From Candidatus Colwellbacteria bacterium (GTDB lineage: Bacteria > Patescibacteriota > Minisyncoccia > UBA6257 > Colwellbacteraceae): a DNA stretch of 64,000 nucleotides. The stretch is from NCBI GenBank assembly GCA_016176525.1, contig JACOWZ010000003.1, positions 459,357 through 523,356 of the forward strand. Reading direction: 5' to 3'. A program made the position numbers and the translations under genes. Position 1 is the stretch's first letter, and each line of letters starts with the position of its first letter. Positions 1 through 8,543 of the stretch are shown here, in pieces. The notes beneath the pieces were generated by a model. It saw only the letters and a list, made by a program, of their open reading frames with translations, was not told the DNA's origin and searched no databases.

Positions 1-1
1 C

Positions 2-583
2 TTCTTGTCGGATGGCGATTTAAGCGTGGCGAAATTTCCGTTTTATAACATAGAAACTACTTATAAGAAAGATGTAATTCGCGATTTTTTTGAATATTTA
101 AGGCAAGAAACGGAGGGTATTAAGATATCTGCAGATTTGTTTGGATTAACTACTGTTGCGTATGACGACTTAGGAATCGGCCAAAAGATTGAATACGCTT
201 ATGAAAACTTTGATTTTGTTGCGCCGATGGTTTACCCGTCGCATTATGCTTCGGGGTTTAGGGGTTATGCCCGCCCGGCAGAGTTTCCATACGAGGTTGT
301 GTTTGCCTCAATGGAAGGAGCGTTGCAAAAATTGCTTGCGTGGGAGAATTCGCCAGTACAGAGGCAAACAGATCCGAACTTGCCTCCACCCGAATCAGAA
401 AAGCGTGTGGGTGGAAAATTGCGTCCTTGGCTGCAAGATTTTGATTTGGGCGCAACTTATGATGCGGGTAAAGTAAGGGCGCAAATTAAAGCAACAGAAG
501 AGGCGCTAGGTGAGCACTATGCAGGGTTTATGCTTTGGGACCCACGAAACAATTATACGCGCGAGGCACTACTACCAGAATAA
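2..583 (+). CDS. C-terminal fragment of an uncharacterized protein (possible TIM-barrel glycoside-hydrolase-like, DUF4015-like); 5' end lies outside the window
   Basis: ORF open to the window start. The DUF4015-like assignment is from memory of motifs such as VAPMVYPSHY and FMLWDP, not checked against a database. Confidence 0.3.
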   Translation, partial: FLSDGDLSVAKFPFYNIETTYKKDVIRDFFEYLRQETEGIKISADLFGLTTVAYDDLGIGQKIEYAYENFDFVAPMVYPSHYASGFRGYARPAEFPYEVVFASMEGALQKLLAWENSPVQRQTDPNLPPPESEKRVGGKLRPWLQDFDLGATYDAGKVRAQIKATEEALGEHYAGFMLWDPRNNYTREALLPE

Positions 584-585
584 TT

Positions 586-680
586 AAGTTCTAAATTCTA
601 ATTTCTAATCAAGATCTAATCAATTAAGACTTAAGTAAATAGAACTTCAATAGAACTTAAAAATTAAAACTTAGAAATTA
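586..680. repeat. AT-rich inverted pair of a short TTCTAA-rich repeat, also seen at 40575-40612 and 44437-44472
   Basis: left arm AAGTTCTAAATTCTAATTTCTAATCAAG; right arm reverse-complements to TAATTTCTAAGTTTTAATTTTTAAGTTCTA, 28 of 30 matches to site B. Confidence 0.6.
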
Positions 681-682
681 TT

Positions 683-1390
683 ATGAATATTTACGAAGTA
701 AAATTACATGAATTTAAGGGTCCGATGGATAAGCTCTTGGAGCTGATCGAGGCCAAAAAGCTTGATATAACCCAAGTCGGTTTAGCAGAGGTTACCGGAG
801 ATTTCTTAAATTATATACGGTCGCTAGAAAGTTTGCCGCACAAAGTGCTTGCAGACTTTATTTCTATTGCAGCCAAACTAATACTTATAAAGTCGCACAC
901 TCTTTTGCCGGAGCTGACCTTAGGTGAAGATGAACGCGCTGAAATAGGCGAGCTTGAAAAGAGATTGTATATATACAAACAACTAAAAGGCGCCGAGAGA
1001 AACATACAAGAGCTTTGGAGTAAAAATATATCTTACGGTCGAGAGTTTATGCTGAATGTCACTCCAGGCGGGTTTTATCTAACCCAAAAGATCAGCCCCG
1101 AGATGCTTTTGGAAGCGTTGGGGGCACTTATAAAAAATCTGGAGATTTTTACGCCCAAGCGCGAGACAGAGCGCCTCACGATGATAAGTTTTGAAGAAAA
1201 ATTAAAAGAGCTTATGGGGAGAATTGAGTCTTTGGTTTCTTCTAGTTTTTCCGATATTGTAAAGGGTAAAGAAAAGTCAGAGATTGTGGTATTATTCTTG
1301 GCGCTATTACATCTCTTAAAAGATGGTCTTCTTATGATAGAGCAGGAAGGGCAGTTTGGAGAAATAAAAGTGGCAAAAAACAACAAATAA
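683..1390 (+). CDS. scpA: segregation and condensation protein A (kleisin)
   Basis: N-terminal LDELIEAKKLDIT...DFL.YI motif and length typical of ScpA; immediately followed by scpB. Confidence 0.85.
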   Translation: MNIYEVKLHEFKGPMDKLLELIEAKKLDITQVGLAEVTGDFLNYIRSLESLPHKVLADFISIAAKLILIKSHTLLPELTLGEDERAEIGELEKRLYIYKQLKGAERNIQELWSKNISYGREFMLNVTPGGFYLTQKISPEMLLEALGALIKNLEIFTPKRETERLTMISFEEKLKELMGRIESLVSSSFSDIVKGKEKSEIVVLFLALLHLLKDGLLMIEQEGQFGEIKVAKNNK

Positions 1391-1393
1391 CAA

Positions 1394-1942
1394 ATGGCAG
1401 ATAACGACCTAACAAAAAAACTGCAAGCGTTGCTCTTTATTTACGGTGAGCCTACAAAAATATCTAAATTAGCAGAGGCCACGGGTGCACCGGAGCAGCA
1501 AGTAAAAGAGTCTTTGGAGGGTTTAAAAAGTTCTTTACAAGAGAGCGGAAGCGGCCTGGATTTAATGTTGTCGGAGGACGAGGCTATGCTCACAACAGCA
1601 GCCGAAGTGGGGGAGACAGTAAAAGGTGCAATAAAAGAAGAACTGGATTCCCAACTTACGCCTGCAAGCCTTGAGACACTAGCCATAATAGCTTATTTGG
1701 GGCCGGTGTCGCGCGCGGTTATTGAATATATACGTGGTGTGAATTCAAGTTTTATGCTGCGTAATTTGATGGTGCGTGGCTTAATTACAAAAGATGGGTC
1801 TCACCGTACTCCGGAATACAAGGTTACGTTTGATTTCTTACGGCATATGGGAGTTGATTCTCCAGAGAAATTGCCCCAATATCAAGAGTATAAAGAAAAG
1901 GTGCGACAGTTAATGGAAACCAGCAATAATGAGCAAACATAA
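1394..1942 (+). CDS. scpB: segregation and condensation protein B
   Basis: LETLAIIAY.GPVSRA.IE.IRGV winged-helix motif of ScpB; 4-nt gap after scpA. Confidence 0.85.
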   Translation: MADNDLTKKLQALLFIYGEPTKISKLAEATGAPEQQVKESLEGLKSSLQESGSGLDLMLSEDEAMLTTAAEVGETVKGAIKEELDSQLTPASLETLAIIAYLGPVSRAVIEYIRGVNSSFMLRNLMVRGLITKDGSHRTPEYKVTFDFLRHMGVDSPEKLPQYQEYKEKVRQLMETSNNEQT

Positions 1943-2843
1943 TATTCTGGCTTTAGTTTTTACTGCAGTTGTTTTAGTGTTTGTGGTTATAAACAAAGCT
2001 GATACAGGTGCCGGCGTGCCAGTTGCGGCAACAGAAGTGGATTCGGCAGGCTCACCACAAGAGGCGCCGGACAGCCAAGAGTTCTACGCTGCCACGATTG
2101 CTTCGCCGCAGTCCGTGGATATTTGGTTTGATGAGCTGAATATTAGCGCGCGTAGTTTAGGTGTTTTTGACTTAAAGGGCGGGGAGTTCGCCCTAAGAGA
2201 CGAAACCAAACTTTGGCCTATAGCTTCTATTACAAAGCTTATGAGCGCTCTCATAATATACGATTATGTGCCTGCAGGCGCGAAAATTAAGATTTCTGCA
2301 GTGGATATTGTCCGCGGAGAGCATGATTACGAGATGTTTTCCGCAGGAGAAGTTTTTACAAGAGACGATTTGTTAAAAGCTATGCTTATGCGTTCTTCTA
2401 ATACTGCAGCCGAGGCACTTGCAAACTTCAGTGCGGACAGAGCGGATTTTATACAACTTATGAATTCGTATGCAGTGCGTCTTGGCATGAAGAGCACAAG
2501 ATTTTACGACCCAAGCGGGATATCATCTCAAAATCAATCAAATGTTGAAGATTTATTTAAATTGGTAATGGCTATTTTAACCGAGAAACCGCAGATTTTT
2601 GAGATTACCGGTAGAGCAGCGGCGAATGTTACAGAACTTACAACATTAGAAACCAGAGAAATTCTAAATATAATTCCGTTTGCTGGCAGGCCGGACTTTT
2701 TTGGAGGTAAAACTGGCACCACGCCTGCCGCGGTAGGTAACTTGGTTGCGGTTTTTGCAGAAAGTGGCGGCGGAAGAGTAATAATTTTACTTGGTACAGA
2801 AGACAGGTTTAGAGAAGCAGAATTAATTTTAAACAAATGGTAA
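1929..2843 (+). CDS. dacA: D-alanyl-D-alanine carboxypeptidase (peptidase S11, PBP5/6-like) with N-terminal membrane anchor
   Basis: SxxK (SITK), SxN (SSN) and KTG (GGKTGTT) motifs in the canonical order. Confidence 0.8.
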   Translation: MSKHNILALVFTAVVLVFVVINKADTGAGVPVAATEVDSAGSPQEAPDSQEFYAATIASPQSVDIWFDELNISARSLGVFDLKGGEFALRDETKLWPIASITKLMSALIIYDYVPAGAKIKISAVDIVRGEHDYEMFSAGEVFTRDDLLKAMLMRSSNTAAEALANFSADRADFIQLMNSYAVRLGMKSTRFYDPSGISSQNQSNVEDLFKLVMAILTEKPQIFEITGRAAANVTELTTLETREILNIIPFAGRPDFFGGKTGTTPAAVGNLVAVFAESGGGRVIILLGTEDRFREAELILNKW

Positions 2844-3862
2844 GCGAAGTAGTTTTAGAGGCTATTAGGCTTTTGGTTACTGCAATGTTCGCATTTGCGG
2901 TTGCACTTTTTGTATCTCCCATTGTTATACGCATTCTAAAACGTTTGAGTTTTGGCAAGCAAATTCGCACCGAAGAGTCTGCACCAATAATGGCCGGTTT
3001 ACATAAAAAGAAAGAAGGTACGCCGACCATGGGCGGGGTTGTAATTTGGGGCACCGTGCTTGCGATTGCTTTCGGGCTTTTATTTACAGATTTTAATTTT
3101 ATAGATAGGTCGGAAACTTACCTGCCGCTCGCCGCACTTGTAATTGCCGCTTTTTTGGGCCTAATTGACGATATTTTAGGGGTTTGGAGAAAGGGTCCGC
3201 TGGGCGGCGGGTTAACTGTAAAACATAAGCTTATTTCCTACACTTTGCTTGGAGTGCTTGGTGCTTGGTGGTTTTACTACAAGCTTGGGTTTACATCTAT
3301 TCATATTCCATTTTTTGGCGAGTGGGAAGTCGGCGCGTGGTATTTCTTAATATTTGTGTTTGTAATAATTGCAAGCACATTTTCGGCAAACGAAACAGAC
3401 GGATTAGACGGTCTTTTAGGTGGAGTTATGCTTTTTGCGCTAGGTGCGCTAACGCTTGTTGCATTTGTAATAGGCAAATTCCACTTGGCTGTATTGGGCG
3501 GCGCTATTTTAGGGGCACTTCTTGCCTTTCTTTGGTTTAACATTTACCCGGCTAGGTTTTTTATGGGCGACACCGGCTCTATGGCCCTGGGCGGTGTTTT
3601 GGGCACTATGGCGATGCTTACAGACACGGTGGTTCTTTTGCCACTTTTCTTTATAATTCCGGTTATTGAGTCGCTCTCTGTTATAGTCCAGCAGATTTCC
3701 AAGCGCACTCGCGGCAAAAAAATATTCCTTTCCACGCCGATTCACCACCATTTTGAGGCAAAAGGTTCTCCCGAGTCGCAAATTACGATGCGTTTTTGGA
3801 TAATATCTATTGTATCCGTTGGCCTCGGCCTTGTAATCTTCTTTATAGATAGATTTGTGTAG
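2837..3862 (+). CDS. mraY: phospho-N-acetylmuramoyl-pentapeptide transferase
   Basis: HKKKEGTPTMGG and DD..G motifs; multi-pass hydrophobic protein. Confidence 0.9.
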   Translation: MVSEVVLEAIRLLVTAMFAFAVALFVSPIVIRILKRLSFGKQIRTEESAPIMAGLHKKKEGTPTMGGVVIWGTVLAIAFGLLFTDFNFIDRSETYLPLAALVIAAFLGLIDDILGVWRKGPLGGGLTVKHKLISYTLLGVLGAWWFYYKLGFTSIHIPFFGEWEVGAWYFLIFVFVIIASTFSANETDGLDGLLGGVMLFALGALTLVAFVIGKFHLAVLGGAILGALLAFLWFNIYPARFFMGDTGSMALGGVLGTMAMLTDTVVLLPLFFIIPVIESLSVIVQQISKRTRGKKIFLSTPIHHHFEAKGSPESQITMRFWIISIVSVGLGLVIFFIDRFV

Positions 3863-3942
3863 CCTTCTTTAGAAAAGCAACTTTGGAATCGTTGTTCAGT
3901 ATGAAACTTTATGTTACTATACAGAACTAAATTAATACCAAA

Positions 3943-4566
3943 ATGTTAACTCCACCCAAAGACTCCACTATTATTAACGTTTGCGTTATACCGTCAGATG
4001 AGGTTGGTGCAGAGTGTGTGAAGATTAGCCAATCTTTAAGATCAAACGGTACGGCGTTCATATTGGATGGTAAAAGCAAGTTTGCACATATGACAGTATT
4101 TATGGCCAGATTTGCGAATAGTAAAATACCAAATATATTAAATGCAACGGAAAAGGCCCTAAAAAATACCCGTAGTTTTCTTTGCGAGCATACCGGTTAT
4201 TTTATGACTTCCGGAAGATATCTCGAGGTTTCTTACCGTAGGTCTGAACAGTTTATGGCGTTGCACGAGGGATTAATTAATAGTTTGAAAAACTACCGAA
4301 TTAATCCAGGCCAACCATTTGAGGAGGGATATTTTACTCCATATACCAAAGAACAAAGAAAAAATGCTGAAGAAACCGGCTACGATCTAGCTTACAACTT
4401 ATACAGGCCCCACATTACTCTTACGCGATATAAAGAAGGGCAAGTACCGGAAGTCTTTCCGGCATTTCCTCAAGTTAAACTATCATTTAACCTAAATAGG
4501 GTTTGCGTGTATAAAGCCGACGATAATGGGGCGGTTTATGAACGTCTCGCTGAATTTGTAATATAA
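3943..4566 (+). CDS. 2H phosphoesterase superfamily protein (LigT / 2'-5' RNA ligase-like)
   Basis: two H-x-T-x motifs (AHMTVF and PHITLTR) about 100 aa apart. Confidence 0.55.
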   Translation: MLTPPKDSTIINVCVIPSDEVGAECVKISQSLRSNGTAFILDGKSKFAHMTVFMARFANSKIPNILNATEKALKNTRSFLCEHTGYFMTSGRYLEVSYRRSEQFMALHEGLINSLKNYRINPGQPFEEGYFTPYTKEQRKNAEETGYDLAYNLYRPHITLTRYKEGQVPEVFPAFPQVKLSFNLNRVCVYKADDNGAVYERLAEFVI

Positions 4567-4645
4567 AATAAGTAGATTTCATCTCATCACCATATAGTGG
4601 GTTTAGTTTATAGCAAAACTTGCGTGTTATAATTGATTCATAGCG

Positions 4646-6115
4646 ATGTCTATTCTTATTAAAAATGTCCAAGTTGTGGACGGTACCGGTGCCGAGCCCT
4701 ACAAAGCAGACGTTTTTGTGCAGAAAAATTTAATTTCTGCGATAGGGGATTTAAAGAAAAAAGAAGCGGACGAGACGATAGATGGCCTTGGTAATTACCT
4801 TACCCCAGGATTTATAGATGTTGATTCCGCATCCGACCAATATTTGTCTATCTTTACGTACCCCGAGCAGACAGGGTTTAGGGAGCAAGGTGTTACAACA
4901 ATAGTAGGCGGGCATTGCGGGTCGTCCCTTGCACCGCTCTTATACGGCACATTAGAGTCTATACGCAAGTGGGCAGATATTACTAAAATAAATGTTGACT
5001 GGCATACGACTGCGGAACTTTTTGCGGCTTTGGAGAAACTTAAGCTCGGAGTTAATTTCGGCACGCTTACGGGGCACTCCACAATAAGGCGCTCTATAGT
5101 AGGGGAGACGACCAGAGGCCTTACATTCAACGAAATTAATGTTTTTAAAAAGATTTTAACTAAAGCGTTGGAGGAGGGGGCTTTCGGCATGTCCACCGGC
5201 TTGGGATATATTCACGGCAAAAATACGCCGGTTGATGAAATAAAAGAGCTTGCCTATATTGTAAAAAGATATGACGGGGTTTATTCCACGCACCTTAGAA
5301 ACGAAGGCTATGGACTTTTGGCTGCAATTGACGAAACTTTGGCTGTAGCAAAAGAGACAGGCGTTAAAACCATAATAAGTCACCTCCGGCCGTTAAACGG
5401 TTTTGAATTGCAGTTTGATGAAGCTGTCTATCGGATAAAAGAGAGCGCCGAAGGGAATGTATATTTCTACATTTATCCGTCTGACACCAGTCTTGTTGTT
5501 TTATATAAATTTTTGCCGGAGTGGGCGCAGGAGAGAAATTTAGAAAGGATGTTGGAGATTTTGCGAAATCCAAATAACGCCGAGCGCCTTGAGGCAGATT
5601 TGCAAGAAATTGCTTTAGGGAATCTTGTGGTTGCCGATGCTCCCAAGAATGAATATTTAGTGGGCAAAAGCCTTGCGGATTTATCAGAAATGTTCGCAAT
5701 TCCGCCTATAAAAAGTTTGCTTAAGCTTATGGACATAACAGGTCTAAAGGCTACTATGCTTCATAAAAACATTAACATTAATAAAATTACGGAAGTTATA
5801 GCCGAAGATTACGTGATGATTGCATCTAATAGCGCATCTCGCGCGTCTTCCGATAAATTTATCCCGGCGGAGCGTGCCACAAACACCTTCCCTAAATATT
5901 TACAGCTTACTGTGCCAACTAAAAAACTCTCAATACAAGCCGCGATAAGAAAAATAACATCATTGCCGGCAAATTATTTTGGAATAAAAGATAGAGGAAT
6001 TTTACGCGAAGGCAAAGTTGCAGATTTAACACTAATAGACAAGAACGACTTGAGTATAAAAGAGACTATACTTGCAGGCAAAGCATCTAGCGGAGAACCT
6101 TTAAAGAGGGGATGA
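4646..6115 (+). CDS. amidohydrolase-family protein, N-acyl-D-amino-acid deacylase (D-aminoacylase)-like
   Basis: blocks PGFID, GVTTIVGGHCGSSLAPL, GHSTIR, THLRNEG, ISHLRP are collinear with the D-aminoacylase sequence as I recall it; the usual HxH after PGFID is replaced by DVDSASD. Confidence 0.6.
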   Translation: MSILIKNVQVVDGTGAEPYKADVFVQKNLISAIGDLKKKEADETIDGLGNYLTPGFIDVDSASDQYLSIFTYPEQTGFREQGVTTIVGGHCGSSLAPLLYGTLESIRKWADITKINVDWHTTAELFAALEKLKLGVNFGTLTGHSTIRRSIVGETTRGLTFNEINVFKKILTKALEEGAFGMSTGLGYIHGKNTPVDEIKELAYIVKRYDGVYSTHLRNEGYGLLAAIDETLAVAKETGVKTIISHLRPLNGFELQFDEAVYRIKESAEGNVYFYIYPSDTSLVVLYKFLPEWAQERNLERMLEILRNPNNAERLEADLQEIALGNLVVADAPKNEYLVGKSLADLSEMFAIPPIKSLLKLMDITGLKATMLHKNININKITEVIAEDYVMIASNSASRASSDKFIPAERATNTFPKYLQLTVPTKKLSIQAAIRKITSLPANYFGIKDRGILREGKVADLTLIDKNDLSIKETILAGKASSGEPLKRG

Positions 6116-7203
6116 GGAGGACTGGAAAAATAGATTATTTGATTTTAGTGGCAGTTTTTTTGCTAATCGCCTTGGGTTTTTTGTTTCTAGCCTCTGCCTC
6201 ATCTGACTTAGGTAAGGTAAGGTTTGACAATGCATATTATTATATTTGGCGGCAGATTATATATGGAGCATCTGTTGGCTTAGTGGGCTTTTTTCTTGCA
6301 CTTAAAATTCCATACAAGAACCTAAAGCCTTACACATTTTATCTTCTTATCGCGAGTGTTGGATTGGTTGCACTTACTTTTACGCCACTTGGAATTGTAC
6401 TTGGTGGGGCTAGGCGCTGGTTGCAATTTGGCCCTTTTGTTTTTCAGCCTGCCGAGATTTTAAAATTTACTTTTATAATGTATCTGGCTGCGTGGCTTAG
6501 CAGTGAAAGAAAAAATCGCTCTAAAAGTTTTTATAACGGCTTTTTGCCGTTTATAGTTCTCTCCGGTACTATAGGCGGACTCTTGCTTCTACAGAGGTCA
6601 ACAAGCGCGGTTCTTATAACTATGCTCTCTGCGCTCTGCGTTTATTTTATAAGCGGCGCAAAATGGAGATATATTTTAGCGGTGTTCGGCTTAGGCGCGC
6701 TTGTGTTGCCTTTAGTAATTTATTTTACCCCATATAGATTAGAGAGAGTTCTTACTTTTCTTGACCCTGCACAAGATACATCAGGCGCAAGTTATCAGAT
6801 AGATAGGGCAAAAGTGACAATAGGTTCTGGTGGCTTTCTTGGAGTTGGATATGGTAATTCGGTAACCAAGCAATATTTGCCGGAGCGCATAGGGGACTCA
6901 ATTTTTGCGATAATTGCAGAAGAATTCGGCTTTGTAGGGGCGAGTTCTCTTATCCTTTTATATTCAGTTCTTGTTTTGCGCGGACTTATGGTTGCAAAAA
7001 ATATTGGAGAGCCCTTTGGCAGGCTTTTACTCGCAGGTATATCTATTATTATAGGTTTGCAAGCTTTTACGCATATTGGCGCTATATCTGGGGTAATACC
7101 CCTAACTGGTGTGCCGCTGCCGTTTATAAGCTATGGAGGCACTGCCCTTGCGGTGTTTATGATCGCTGCTGGGCTTATGTTAAATGTGACGAAGAGGGGG
7201 TAG
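6112..7203 (+). CDS. ftsW: SEDS-family cell division protein FtsW/RodA (peptidoglycan glycosyltransferase)
   Basis: 10-TM profile and the GARRWLQFGPFVFQPAEILK block typical of FtsW; sits next to murG. Confidence 0.8.
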   Translation: MRRTGKIDYLILVAVFLLIALGFLFLASASSDLGKVRFDNAYYYIWRQIIYGASVGLVGFFLALKIPYKNLKPYTFYLLIASVGLVALTFTPLGIVLGGARRWLQFGPFVFQPAEILKFTFIMYLAAWLSSERKNRSKSFYNGFLPFIVLSGTIGGLLLLQRSTSAVLITMLSALCVYFISGAKWRYILAVFGLGALVLPLVIYFTPYRLERVLTFLDPAQDTSGASYQIDRAKVTIGSGGFLGVGYGNSVTKQYLPERIGDSIFAIIAEEFGFVGASSLILLYSVLVLRGLMVAKNIGEPFGRLLLAGISIIIGLQAFTHIGAISGVIPLTGVPLPFISYGGTALAVFMIAAGLMLNVTKRG

Positions 7204-7210
7204 TTGCTTT

Positions 7211-7328
7211 CACCACCCACCCATACTCTACAAGTCACCGGCGTAATCCGCCGGCTGGCGGATTCGCCTTCTTCTCGCGCCGTCGCGCTCCGAAAATGAC
7301 TTTACGAGCATGGCTGGGCGGCTCATTA
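7211..7328 (+). repeat. copy 1 of a roughly 115-nt structured intergenic repeat (long imperfect outer inverted repeat enclosing two hairpins)
   Basis: shares the core AGTCACCGGCGTAA...CGCCTTCTTCTCGCGCCGTCGCGCTCCGAAAATGACT with the copies at 15357, 19243 and 54590; starts 8 nt after the ftsW stop. Confidence 0.8.
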
Positions 7329-7372
7329 AATCAACCTTTCTTTATTACACATTACCAATTACAATTTACTAA

Positions 7373-8509
7373 ATGCGTAAATTCCGGGTTTTAGTAACTG
7401 GAGGCGGCACAGGCGGGCATATTTTGCCGCTTATTGCTGTTATTGAAGAGCTTCAGATACTTGCTTCCTCATCCGGAGTGCCGTTAAAACTGCGTTATTT
7501 AGGGGCATATGGCACGTATAAAACGACTCTTGAGGCAAATGACGTTAAGGTTTGGAAGCTTGTTCCAAGCAAGCTTCGCAGATATTTTTCTTTGGAAAAC
7601 TTTATTGATTTCTTTAAGTTTTTTATAGGTTTGGTTCAGGCGCTTTGGTACGTTTTTTGGTTTATGCCGGATGTGCTTTTTTCCAAAGGCGGCCCAGGGG
7701 CATTGCCTGTTGTTGTAGCTGCTTGGTTTTACAGAGTGCCGATTGTGGTGCACGAGTCCGACAGTGTGCCAGGGCTAACCAACACTTTGAGTGCAAAGTT
7801 TGCAAAAACTATTACGCTTGGTTTTGAGGGAGCAAATGTTTATTTTAAGGGTAGGGGAGTGTATGTTGGCAATCCTGTGAGGCGCGGAATACTTTTAGGC
7901 GAACAGCGTTCGCAGAGCGCCTTAAAAGAGCTGTTTGGTTTTAATCCTGCTAAGCCTCTAATGCTTGTTTTTGGAGGGTCTCAAGGTTCTGTACGCATAA
8001 ACGATTTTGTTTTAGATAATTTGCCGCAGATTTTAGAAGTAACACAGATTTTGCACCAAACCGGCATAGAAAATTATAAAGATGTTAAAAATCAATCGGC
8101 GTTTGTTGTGGGAAGCGTCCGTGAGGATTTAAGGGGCGGGTATGCAGCGGTAGATTATTTTGACATTGGCATTAGAGACGCATATAGAGCCTCAGACGTT
8201 ATAATGGGCAGAGCCGGCGCCTCTGCGATAGCCGAGGCGGCAGCCTTTGGCAAGCCGATGATGCTTGTACCTCTGCCAGAGTCCGCAGGTGACCATCAAC
8301 GGCAAAATGCATATGAATATGCCAAAAGTGGCGGCGCGGTTGTACTAGAAGAAGAAAATCTATTGCCAAATTTGTTTATAAGCGCGCTGAAGGAAATATT
8401 AGAGAATAGTGAAAAATATACCACTATGAGTGAGGCTGCGAAGAATTATCACAAACAAAAGGAGGCGGCGCCTGCGATAGCTAAAATGATGTTGGGATAT
8501 TATAAATAA
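7373..8509 (+). CDS. murG: undecaprenyldiphospho-muramoylpentapeptide beta-N-acetylglucosaminyltransferase
   Basis: N-terminal VTGGGTGGHI.P motif and GT28 fold length. Confidence 0.9.
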   Translation: MRKFRVLVTGGGTGGHILPLIAVIEELQILASSSGVPLKLRYLGAYGTYKTTLEANDVKVWKLVPSKLRRYFSLENFIDFFKFFIGLVQALWYVFWFMPDVLFSKGGPGALPVVVAAWFYRVPIVVHESDSVPGLTNTLSAKFAKTITLGFEGANVYFKGRGVYVGNPVRRGILLGEQRSQSALKELFGFNPAKPLMLVFGGSQGSVRINDFVLDNLPQILEVTQILHQTGIENYKDVKNQSAFVVGSVREDLRGGYAAVDYFDIGIRDAYRASDVIMGRAGASAIAEAAAFGKPMMLVPLPESAGDHQRQNAYEYAKSGGAVVLEEENLLPNLFISALKEILENSEKYTTMSEAAKNYHKQKEAAPAIAKMMLGYYK

Positions 8510-8543
8510 CTACGTAACGAGGTAACAAAATAACAGAATAACA

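Noticed and set aside
7211-7328. Hammerhead-type self-cleaving ribozyme for the 4-copy repeat (three-helix junction with a GAAA-containing strand)
   Set aside because: The conserved CUGANGA core is absent. The inter-helix strand is UUCUUCUC.
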